Of a stretch of DNA of 36,204 nucleotides, positions 13,665 through 20,900 are shown in pieces. Origin of the DNA: a virus. The notes beneath the pieces were generated by a model that saw nothing but the letters and a program-made list of their open reading frames with translations, did not search any database and was not told the DNA's origin. The position numbers and the translations under genes are program-made. Numbering within the stretch: position 1 is the first letter of the stretch; each line of letters begins with the position of its first letter. The stretch lies in IMG/VR virus record IMGVR_UViG_3300021399_000310, positions 1-36,204 of that record, one strand, 5' to 3'.

Positions 13665-14060
13665 ATGAGGAAGACCATCTGCGTATGTGATCGCTGCGGG
13701 AAGCAGATCGAGGGCAGCCTGTACGGCATCGTGATCAACGAGTACGAGACGCTCGGCGACGATCTGCCGACAGGCACTGTAAAAACACCGGACGCTCAGA
13801 AGGAACTCTGCCCGGACTGCATGAAGGCGCTGGTGAGCAATCTTGCCGCATTCATGGACACCGAGGCAAAGCCGCACAAGAGGACGACGAAGAAAAAGAA
13901 GGCAGCGGCACCAGCTGCGACGAAGATCGACAGAGGGAAGATCCTCGCGCTGCACAATGCCGAGTGGACAGTCAAGAACATCGCCGGCGAGATGGGGTGC
14001 TCAGAACAGACAGTGTACAACGTTCTGAAGGAGGCGACAGCCAATGCGGGCAGTAATTAA
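13665..14060 (+). CDS. Zn-ribbon (CxxC...CxxC) plus C-terminal HTH protein
   Basis: CDRCGK...CPDCMK, a K-rich linker, then WTVKNIAGEMGCSEQTVYNVL. Confidence 0.65.
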   Translation: MRKTICVCDRCGKQIEGSLYGIVINEYETLGDDLPTGTVKTPDAQKELCPDCMKALVSNLAAFMDTEAKPHKRTTKKKKAAAPAATKIDRGKILALHNAEWTVKNIAGEMGCSEQTVYNVLKEATANAGSN

Positions 14061-14346
14061 GAGACCCGGCAGTTCTCCGGACGTCATCGAGATCGAGAAC
14101 ACGCTGGAAGCGCTGCAAAGCGCCGTCGGCGGATACATCGAGGCAGTGACGGTGGCAAAGAACGCGGTCATCATCTGCGACGAAGAAGGGCTCTTAAAAA
14201 TGAAGCCGAGAAATGTGCAACTTTTTGGGATCAGAATATACGGAACCTTCCTGATTGTCGGCACAAAGGACGAAGACTTCTGCGACGTGCCGGACGAAGA
14301 GGGGTGGCTGGACATTCTCGACCGGAAGGATCTGGTCTTATGGTAA
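14044..14346 (+). CDS. DUF3846-like protein
   Basis: Sequence IENTLEALQSAVGGYIEAV...ICDEEGLL...GTFLIVG. Confidence 0.6.
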   Translation: MRAVIKRPGSSPDVIEIENTLEALQSAVGGYIEAVTVAKNAVIICDEEGLLKMKPRNVQLFGIRIYGTFLIVGTKDEDFCDVPDEEGWLDILDRKDLVLW

Positions 14347-14567
14347 AGGCTGCACAGCTGAGCATATTCAACAACCGGGGAACGAGACCGTGTGAGTACA
14401 GCTTCGACCGGTATATCGGGCAGAAGGTCGACATCATGATCGGGTCATATTATGACGGAAGAGTCGAGGAAGGCACGGTCATTGAGATCAGGCCATATTA
14501 CACGGTGGTAAAAGTCGGCAAGGAATACCTTGCCGGCACACCGTACAACCTTTCGGAGGCGGAATGA
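14340..14567 (+). CDS. Hypothetical protein
   Basis: ATG 14340 overlaps the upstream stop. Coding-like. Confidence 0.55.
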   Translation: MVKAAQLSIFNNRGTRPCEYSFDRYIGQKVDIMIGSYYDGRVEEGTVIEIRPYYTVVKVGKEYLAGTPYNLSEAE

Positions 14568-14914
14568 AAAGCACATCGGTGAAACAACTGAGTCTGTTCT
14601 GGCAGCCTGAGGAAGAAGCCCAGGAACCAAAAGAACCACCAAAAGAACAACAGAACAAGAGCGCAGAACCAGAAGAACCAGCCGCCGAAGATGACGACAT
14701 GATCGAGCTGCTTCGGGCGGCTGACGAGTGCGCAAAATGCCACGTCAAGCCGGTGTTCTATACAAGCCCGAACCACATCAGCATACAGGGGTACCGGTTC
14801 ACCTATGTTGGTATGAAATGCCCGCTGTGCGGCTTCAGCTGCGGCGGGCGGAGCGGCGAGGACATGTACACGGTCGAGCATTGGAACGACTGTAACAGGA
14901 AATTCAACCGGTGA
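14564..14914 (+). CDS. Zn-ribbon protein, Lar (restriction alleviation)-like C-terminus
   Basis: Sequence CAKCHVKP...CPLCGFSCGG...TVEHWN. The N-terminus is acidic and P/E-rich. Confidence 0.5.
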   Translation: MKSTSVKQLSLFWQPEEEAQEPKEPPKEQQNKSAEPEEPAAEDDDMIELLRAADECAKCHVKPVFYTSPNHISIQGYRFTYVGMKCPLCGFSCGGRSGEDMYTVEHWNDCNRKFNR

Positions 14915-14926
14915 GAGGAGAGAAGA

Positions 14927-15226
14927 ATGAATGTGAAATACATTGTTCCGTGCGTTTGCATTAACCATATGCCCGGTACAGAAGACGCATGTGATTACGG
15001 CATGCCCGATATTGCAGTCGGCGAAGGAGGGTGGTTTTCCTGCTATTGTCGAAACTGCAAAAGAGGCAGTCGGTGGTTAAACAAAAAAAGCGCATACACC
15101 GCTTTGAAGGAGTGGAATCTGTTTCAACTCAATCTATGGGGCATAAGGTACGAAGAAGAGAAAGAACCGTGGGTGGATAGCATGTACGCATTCATCTGCC
15201 AACAGGAGATGAGGAGAGAAGAATGA
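14927..15226 (+). CDS. Cys-rich Zn-ribbon protein, Lar-like
   Basis: Sequence CYCRNCKRGSRW...AYTALKEWN. Confidence 0.45.
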   Translation: MNVKYIVPCVCINHMPGTEDACDYGMPDIAVGEGGWFSCYCRNCKRGSRWLNKKSAYTALKEWNLFQLNLWGIRYEEEKEPWVDSMYAFICQQEMRREE

Positions 15227-15471
15227 AGGAGTATATTGTCCACGCACCAAAAACAAATGTTATTGCGGTCGAGGAATACACATCATTTTACGGAGAACCT
15301 ATAGAAGAACTGATTCGGTGCAAGGACTGCAAATTCTTCGAATATGACCATGTTGAACATGTATACGGGGTGCCGCTCATTTTGGCGCATGAAATCTGTA
15401 CAAAATGGGGAAACGGTTGCAAGACCAGCGAGAATGGATTCTGTTTCATGGCGGAAAGGAAAGAAGAATGA
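15223..15471 (+). CDS. Small Cys-rich protein
   Basis: Sequence CKDCKFFE...ICTKWGNGCKTSENGFCFMAERK. Confidence 0.6.
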   Translation: MKEYIVHAPKTNVIAVEEYTSFYGEPIEELIRCKDCKFFEYDHVEHVYGVPLILAHEICTKWGNGCKTSENGFCFMAERKEE

Positions 15472-15929
15472 GTGATTTAATCAGCAGACAGGCGGCGATT
15501 GATGCGCTTTGCAATGATTATTGCGGCGGACATCAAGATTGCAAGCATTATCCGAAATGTGAAAATCTGAAGTCGATTCAGAAGTTGCCATCCGCACAAC
15601 TAGAAATCATAAATAGAGGAAGACAAATGACAATAGAGAAAGCTCTCGCCACATCGTTGTGGTATAACGATCTGCTCTGCGTAGTCGAATCGTGGGCAGA
15701 TTTGCAGCCGAACGAATACGGACAAATTACAATGTCGCACTTCGATGCGGATATAGACCCGATTTTCAAAGCACAACTGCGATTCGTATGGATGATCCTT
15801 GTCATCATGTACGGCGACTTCGGTACAAGCCCACGATTCGGATGGATAGAAGACATAAACGGTTTTAGGGCGTTCATTGAACGCCTGAAAGAATTTGATT
15901 TAGGAGGCGACAACGAATGCGACTGGTAG
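15468..15929 (+). CDS. Hypothetical two-part protein (Cys-rich N-terminus; GDFGTSPRFGWI motif at the C-terminus)
   Basis: ATGA-coupled start at 15468. There is an internal in-frame RBS plus ATG at 15627, so it could be two genes. Confidence 0.6.
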   Translation: MSDLISRQAAIDALCNDYCGGHQDCKHYPKCENLKSIQKLPSAQLEIINRGRQMTIEKALATSLWYNDLLCVVESWADLQPNEYGQITMSHFDADIDPIFKAQLRFVWMILVIMYGDFGTSPRFGWIEDINGFRAFIERLKEFDLGGDNECDW

Positions 15930-16366
15930 ATGCGGATATTGCAACGGACGCAATAAGCAACATGCGAGAAGAGCCGGAATATCAGCACGTTGGCGAAGAT
16001 TGGAAAATCGGCTTGATGCATGCGGAAGACATGCTGGATGAACAGCCGACAGTAGATGCGATTCCGACTGACTGGCTGACGGCAAAGATAAGCGAGCATA
16101 ACAATGATGGATTTGCGTGGATGTTTGAAGCAGTGAGGGACGAATGGAGGCGAGAGCGTGGTGAGGCACTCAGAGACGCTCCGACAGTCGAAGAGCGGAA
16201 GAAGGGGCGGTGGGTTGTTTATAAAGCACCTGACAAATACCACTGCAGTTTAGTCAAGTGCCCGTTCTGCGGGGAAGATATGATAGCAGAAGCAGAAGAG
16301 TATAACTTCTGCCCGAATTGCGGCGCAAAAATGGAGAGAGACGAAGAATGGCAAGGCAAGGAATAA
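15917..16366 (+). CDS. Hypothetical protein with a C-terminal Zn ribbon
   Basis: Sequence CPFCGEDM...CPNCGAKM. Confidence 0.6.
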   Translation: MRLVDADIATDAISNMREEPEYQHVGEDWKIGLMHAEDMLDEQPTVDAIPTDWLTAKISEHNNDGFAWMFEAVRDEWRRERGEALRDAPTVEERKKGRWVVYKAPDKYHCSLVKCPFCGEDMIAEAEEYNFCPNCGAKMERDEEWQGKE

Positions 16367-16545
16367 CGGTCGACATTGACTGCCGATTGACGGTATCAAG
16401 AGAAACAGCAGAAACATGTCTGAAACTGCTTGAAACATTCATCAACACACATAAAGGCTTCGGCATCAGGGACACAGAAAACGAGGACGGCACAGTTTCG
16501 TTCGTGTTAATGGACTATAACGAAACAAGTGTTAGTGAGCGTTAG
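16348..16545 (+). CDS. Hypothetical 65-aa protein
   Basis: GAAGAATG junction start at 16348. Confidence 0.5.
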   Translation: MARQGITVDIDCRLTVSRETAETCLKLLETFINTHKGFGIRDTENEDGTVSFVLMDYNETSVSER

Positions 16546-16549
16546 ATTG

Positions 16550-16566
16550 TTGCAATTGGTTGCAAT
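16550..16566. repeat. Two TTGCAAT motifs 10 bp apart, just upstream of the 16581 RBS
   Basis: Copies at 16550-16556 and 16560-16566. Confidence 0.85.
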
Positions 16567-16580
16567 ATGGAGGGAGACAG

Positions 16581-16877
16581 ATGAAAAAGATAAATCTGTT
16601 AGGCGTAGAAATCCTTGTTAAAGAAACAGATGTTGTGAACAAACTGGAACCCCGTAGGGGCGAATACGATTATCTTACAGCAACTATATTGCTGGACGAA
16701 AATATGCCTGTCAGCATGAAAAACAACACGCTCATGCATGAACTTCTACACGCAATGTTTGACTTACTCGGATACGATGATCTGCGTGATGACGAGCAGA
16801 AGGTACAGGCTATCGCTTCGGCATTAAGTGAACTTTTCCAACAGGAGGTTTTTTATAAAAATGGCGGTTCATGTTAA
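16581..16877 (+). CDS. Small HExxH zinc metallopeptidase-like protein (ImmA/IrrE-like minimal domain)
   Basis: GGAGGGA RBS. Sequence NNTLMHELLHAMFDLLGY. Confidence 0.65.
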   Translation: MKKINLLGVEILVKETDVVNKLEPRRGEYDYLTATILLDENMPVSMKNNTLMHELLHAMFDLLGYDDLRDDEQKVQAIASALSELFQQEVFYKNGGSC

Positions 16878-17076
16878 AAAATGCCCGCTCCGGAATATAT
16901 TCGGCAGAGCGAGACCAACAACAGAATTTTATATCGACGGAAAGCCTCAGATATACTGCTACGGCTGGATAGATAACCGGACAGACGATTTTATGGAAAC
17001 ATGTCAGGCGTGTGCCGACTGGGTATTCGGCGAACAGAGTGACGAAGATTTTAAAAAAGCAATTGATTGCAATTAG
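16861..17076 (+). CDS. Small Cys-containing protein
   Basis: Sequence MAVHVKKCPLRN...CYGW...ETCQACADW. Overlaps the 3' end of the upstream gene. Confidence 0.5.
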   Translation: MAVHVKKCPLRNIFGRARPTTEFYIDGKPQIYCYGWIDNRTDDFMETCQACADWVFGEQSDEDFKKAIDCN

Positions 17077-17095
17077 GTTGCAATTAGGTTGCAAT
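17067..17095. repeat. Three TTGCAAT motifs at 11-bp spacing (TTAGGTTGCAA tandem)
   Basis: Copies at 17067-17073, 17078-17084 and 17089-17095, immediately before the RBS of the 17109 gene. Confidence 0.9.
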
Positions 17096-17108
17096 CAGAA
17101 AGGAGAAA

Positions 17109-17363
17109 ATGATGACAGACAACGAAGTAAAAAAGCATATGAAAACCGCAAACACCTTTAATCAGAGAGGGGAAGCATACGTCCACGGAGAATGCAAAGG
17201 CGGAGAGAGTCAGCTGATCATTTCCGGCGAAGGGGTGACGCTGATCCGGGTCATCGCGCAGATGGCGGAACGAATCGGGGTGCAGTCCGGTCAGGGCTTT
17301 GACGATGTGATCGATGCAGTCAAGGCAATGCACATGCTGGATTCTGAGGGGCTGAGGAACTGA
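17109..17363 (+). CDS. Hypothetical protein
   Basis: AAAGGAGAAA RBS. Coding-like. Confidence 0.6.
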   Translation: MMTDNEVKKHMKTANTFNQRGEAYVHGECKGGESQLIISGEGVTLIRVIAQMAERIGVQSGQGFDDVIDAVKAMHMLDSEGLRN

Positions 17364-17420
17364 TATGACATTGATCAGAGAAGAGCCGGAGGAGATCGGC
17401 AAGGTGGTGAAGAAGGGCGC

Positions 17421-17588
17421 ATGAGACCTCAGGGAGAGAACGGAACGCTGGAGCACAAGTATAAAAGCCCCTGTAAGGACTGCGAGAACCGGCAGATCGG
17501 CTGCCACGGAAACTGCGCAGCATACAACGAGTACCGGGAAAAAGAGGCAGCCTATCGGAAGGAATATCGGAGAAGAAACACATACTGA
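17421..17588 (+). CDS. 55-aa Cys-rich protein (below the track size cut-off)
   Basis: Sequence MRPQGENGTLEHKYKSPCKDCENRQIGCHGNCAAYNEYREKEAAYRKEYRRRNTY. Translated by hand. Confidence 0.5.
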   Translation: MRPQGENGTLEHKYKSPCKDCENRQIGCHGNCAAYNEYREKEAAYRKEYRRRNTY

Positions 17589-17675
17589 TGAACAACAGGT
17601 CAAGGGGTGACGAGATCGACAGCGCGAGCCTCGAAGAATGGGTGACGCGCTACATCGACGAGGGGTTTGAAAGAG

Positions 17676-17840
17676 ATGGAGAAAACAAAGGCACAATTAC
17701 GGCGGGAAATCGAAGAACTGAAAGCCCAGGTATCAGACCAGCGGAAGAAGATCCAGAAGCTGGAGGAATTGAACCGGCACGCATTCAAAAGGCAGCACGA
17801 GGCAGAGCGGAGGCTTAACGCATTGTATGGCACTCAATAA
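17676..17840 (+). CDS. 54-aa coiled-coil protein (below the track cut-off)
   Basis: GAGGGG RBS 10 nt upstream. Sequence MEKTKAQLRREIEELKAQVSDQRKKIQKLEELNRH. Third-position GC is about 63%, against about 28% in the overlapping track ORF 17588..17818. Confidence 0.5.
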   Translation: MEKTKAQLRREIEELKAQVSDQRKKIQKLEELNRHAFKRQHEAERRLNALYGTQ

Positions 17841-17914
17841 AGGCGGAACGGGGATCCTGATCGGACTGCTGATCTTCATCATAGCGGCGATACTGCTGGA
17901 CGCATGGAGGCGGG

Positions 17915-18106
17915 ATGACTGAGGAACAGAGGGTACGGGATGCAATCGTACACACGCAGGAGATGCTGTACGGCGGATCGCTGACAGCCTTCCAGAAAGA
18001 AAAGATCACCGTGCTCATGAGAATGTCCTACTATCTCGGGGTGCTGGATGAATCGAAGAACCACGACGCGGTCATGAAGCTGCTGAACGGAGGTGATGAA
18101 GAATGA
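17915..18106 (+). CDS. Hypothetical 63-aa protein
   Basis: ATG lies in an ATGACTGA overlap with an upstream micro-ORF. Coding-like. Confidence 0.55.
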   Translation: MTEEQRVRDAIVHTQEMLYGGSLTAFQKEKITVLMRMSYYLGVLDESKNHDAVMKLLNGGDEE

Positions 18107-18531
18107 ACAAAGAAGACGCGCAGTACACGATCAAAGAGATCGGGTGGATGGAGTATTACGGACGGAAGACGGACTCCCTGAAAAAACAGCTGGAAGAGGT
18201 TCAGCGGCAGATCGACAACGCGACGGCGCCGAAATCGCCGCAGGGGACGGAGAACATCGGAGCCGGGCGGTCACTGTCATTCACCGGAAAGGAATCATAT
18301 CTGAATCTGAAGATCACGCAGAAGGACAGGATCGAGAAAGAGATCCGGAAGTACTCGGAGCGCTACACGGACGCGCTGGTCAGCTACTACATCCTTCTCG
18401 ACCAGACGGATGAAAAAGGCTTTGTTGAGGACTACTTCGGGAAGAAGATGAGCAAAGCGGACATCGAAACGAAGTATCACATCCAGAAAGCGTACCGGAA
18501 GATCGTGTCGATCGTGATGGAAGCGCTATGA
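18103..18531 (+). CDS. Candidate late-gene transcription activator (ArpU / DUF1492 / sigma-like)
   Basis: Last gene before the terminator and packaging module. Sequence KKQLEEVQRQIDNATAPKSPQG..., with a helical C-terminus. The family call is tentative. Confidence 0.5.
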   Translation: MNKEDAQYTIKEIGWMEYYGRKTDSLKKQLEEVQRQIDNATAPKSPQGTENIGAGRSLSFTGKESYLNLKITQKDRIEKEIRKYSERYTDALVSYYILLDQTDEKGFVEDYFGKKMSKADIETKYHIQKAYRKIVSIVMEAL

Positions 18532-18532
18532 G

Positions 18533-18553
18533 CAGGCGAAAGCCTGTTTTTTT
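18533..18553 (+). terminator. Rho-independent terminator
   Basis: CAGGC-GAAA-GCCTG followed by TTTTTTT. Confidence 0.85.
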
Positions 18554-18778
18554 GTGGAAAACCCGCCCACAGGACACTTTATGCGGCTGAGGGGCGGGAA
18601 ACTCGGCATGCGTTCCGGAACTTCCGGTGCTATTGTGTAATTGGTGAAAAAAGGCGGGTTCGGGCTTCCCTGCTTTTTTTTCGTGCCCGGCAGAACGGCG
18701 GGTGTGAAATCAAACCGGGCAGGCGCGAAAAAGATAACTCCTTTCATTCTATGGCATCGCCACCCGCCGTTTTGGTAA

Positions 18779-18988
18779 ATGATCATGAAAAAAGAAGAAG
18801 ACGTCATCGACGTCACAGAGCACGATGAATTTGTGCGCAGAATGCGCAGCGCCCGCAGGGACTATGACAACCCCTGCATCTACTGCGCGAACATCTGCCT
18901 GTCTGATAAATGCGACAGGTACACAGAGTGGGAGGAGAACCTGAGACAATCGTCTGGGAACTCTCCGAGAGAGAGAGAGAGATCATAG
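18779..18988 (+). CDS. Hypothetical Cys-containing protein ending in a (GA)8 tract
   Basis: High third-position GC. Sequence CIYCANICLSDKCDRY. The RBS is weak. Confidence 0.5.
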   Translation: MIMKKEEDVIDVTEHDEFVRRMRSARRDYDNPCIYCANICLSDKCDRYTEWEENLRQSSGNSPRERERS

Positions 18989-19009
18989 CACAACTGGGGA
19001 AGAATCACA

Positions 19010-19150
19010 ATGCCTGAGACATTGGCAGAGATAAAGGAAACGCAGAGGCAGGTAAGCGCAACGAAGAGCCCAATGAGGAAACGGGATCTTCAGAAGCGGT
19101 TAACAAAGCTATGGCGGAAATATAACCGGGAAAAACGGGAAATGAGGTGA
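19010..19150 (+). CDS. 46-aa basic protein (below the track cut-off)
   Basis: Sequence MPETLAEIKETQRQVSATKSPMRKRDLQKRLTKLWRKYNREKREMR. Hand-translated. Its stop sits just upstream of the TerS start. Confidence 0.4.
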   Translation: MPETLAEIKETQRQVSATKSPMRKRDLQKRLTKLWRKYNREKREMR

Positions 19151-19155
19151 AACGG

Positions 19156-19647
19156 ATGAAGAAAAAAGGCGGACGTCCGGGCATGTATGTCGATTGGCTG
19201 ACGGATGAACGCCTGCGGGTCATCCGGATGTGGAAAAGAGCCGGGCTCACGGATAAGGAGATCGCCGGCAAGATTGGAGTCAGGACACAAACCATTTCAG
19301 AATGGAAGGGAAAGTTTCCGCAATTTGCGGATGCTTTTAAAAGCGGAAAAGAAGAAGCGGACGCGTCAGCGGTTGAGGCGCTCTTTTCACTGTTTGAAAA
19401 ACGGACATTGACGGAGACACGGGTCGAAGAATGGACGGACGCGAACGGGCAGAAGCGGCAGCATGTGACCAGAGTTACCAAAGAGATCGCACCGTCAGCG
19501 GGCGCGATAATCTTCTATCTGAAAGCCCAGATGGGGTGGCGAGATAATACAGAAGTCACAGACACCTCGGCGATCGACAGGCTGGACAAGCTGCTGAAAG
19601 CGCAGCAGGAACAGGCAGAGGCGGAAGATGACGACGACGCGGATTGA
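19156..19647 (+). CDS. terS: Terminase small subunit
   Basis: GAGGTGA RBS. GGRPG..., the HTH GLTDKEIAGKIGVRTQTISEW, then FYLKAQMGWRD. Confidence 0.8.
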   Translation: MKKKGGRPGMYVDWLTDERLRVIRMWKRAGLTDKEIAGKIGVRTQTISEWKGKFPQFADAFKSGKEEADASAVEALFSLFEKRTLTETRVEEWTDANGQKRQHVTRVTKEIAPSAGAIIFYLKAQMGWRDNTEVTDTSAIDRLDKLLKAQQEQAEAEDDDDAD

Positions 19648-20899
19648 ATTCTCAAAAAAGCAGCGGCAGTTTTTTCGGAAAGCGACCCATCGTTTCAACT
19701 TCAAGGTAGGAGCGGTCAGATCCGGGAAATCATACGGCGACATTGCCCACGTGATCCTGTTCAGGATACGCGAAAGAGCCGGTCTGAGCGGGCTGAATGT
19801 CATCCTTGGGGTGTCGAAGGCAACGATCGAAAGAAACGTCCTGCAGCCGATGCGGGAGATATACGGGCGCGAGCTGATCGGGATGATCAACAACCGGAAC
19901 ATTGCGATCATTGCCGGCGAAGAGGTGCATTGCCTCGGCGCGGAGAAAGTAAGCCAGGTCGCGAAGATTCAGGGGGCGTCGATCAAGTACCTGTACGGTG
20001 ACGAGATCGCGAAATGGAACCGCGAGGTATTCGAGATGCTTCCGTCACGACTCGACAAAGACTACTCAGTCATGGACGGATCCTGCAACCCGGAACACCC
20101 CCGGCATTGGCTGAAGCAATTCATAGACCGGGAGGACATCGACTCATATGTGCAGCACTATGTCATCTTCGACAATCCATTCCTTCCCCGGGCATTCATT
20201 GACAACCTATGCAAGGAATACGAGGGGACGGTCTATTACCAGCGGTTCATCCTCGGAGAATGGGCGCTGGCTGAGGGGCTTATTTACCCATCGTTTCAGG
20301 ACGCTCTTATAGACGACGTGAGCGCGATCGAGGGGGAGCCGATGGAATATTCGCTGTCGATCGACTACGGCACACAGAACGCATTTGCAGCGCTCCTGTG
20401 GGCGAGATATGGAAAACAGTGGGTCATTATTGACGAATATTATTATTCCGGAAGAGACACCGGCACACAGAAGACGGATGAAGAATACGCAAACGATCTC
20501 GACAATTTTATCAGACCGATCATGAAGAAGCGAGAGGAAGAAATAGAGAAACATCAGGCGCGGTACTTACGGAAGATGAGGACGATCATCGATCCGTCTG
20601 CCGCGTCTTTTATTGAAGCCTTGGAACGGAGGAAATGGTACTCCGTCACCAAAGCTGACAACGCAGTCCTTGACGGCATAAGGGAAACGAACACATGCAT
20701 GAAAAACGGGTATATAAAAATCGCGAGGTCATGCAAGAACCTGATTGCTGAATTGAATGGCTATGTGTGGGATGACAAAGCGGAAGATGACAGACCAGTG
20801 AAAGTCAACGATCATGCAGCAGATGCGTGCAGATATTTTGTTAAAACCATGAATCTCGTAAAGCCGAAAAAGGATTACATCTCACCATTTAGGAGGTAA
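19628..20899 (+). CDS. terL: Terminase large subunit (PBSX / Terminase_3-like, headful type)
   Basis: Walker A GAVRSGKS, Walker B YLYGDE, and nuclease motifs SIDYG and DHAADACRY. Confidence 0.95.
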   Translation: MTTTRIEFSKKQRQFFRKATHRFNFKVGAVRSGKSYGDIAHVILFRIRERAGLSGLNVILGVSKATIERNVLQPMREIYGRELIGMINNRNIAIIAGEEVHCLGAEKVSQVAKIQGASIKYLYGDEIAKWNREVFEMLPSRLDKDYSVMDGSCNPEHPRHWLKQFIDREDIDSYVQHYVIFDNPFLPRAFIDNLCKEYEGTVYYQRFILGEWALAEGLIYPSFQDALIDDVSAIEGEPMEYSLSIDYGTQNAFAALLWARYGKQWVIIDEYYYSGRDTGTQKTDEEYANDLDNFIRPIMKKREEEIEKHQARYLRKMRTIIDPSAASFIEALERRKWYSVTKADNAVLDGIRETNTCMKNGYIKIARSCKNLIAELNGYVWDDKAEDDRPVKVNDHAADACRYFVKTMNLVKPKKDYISPFRR

Positions 20900-20900
20900 T

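Noticed and set aside
13125-13955. 276-aa minus-strand ORF. Similar long antisense ORFs occur at 10070..10720, 15578..16243, 17073..17696, 6593..7174 and 29180..29689.
   Set aside because: All lie antisense to coupled + strand genes with recognisable products, such as SSB and the tape measure. Their composition is R/C/L-rich and unlike real proteins. No start contexts.
18986-19012. ORF 18779..18988 and ORF 19010..19150 are in the same frame and separated by a single TAG, raising the possibility of TAG read-through or recoding.
   Set aside because: TAG clearly ends several well-defined genes here, for example at 1595-1597, 2526-2528, 4780-4782 and 10022-10024. There is no suppressor tRNA in the window. 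A shared frame has a 1-in-3 chance of occurring by accident.
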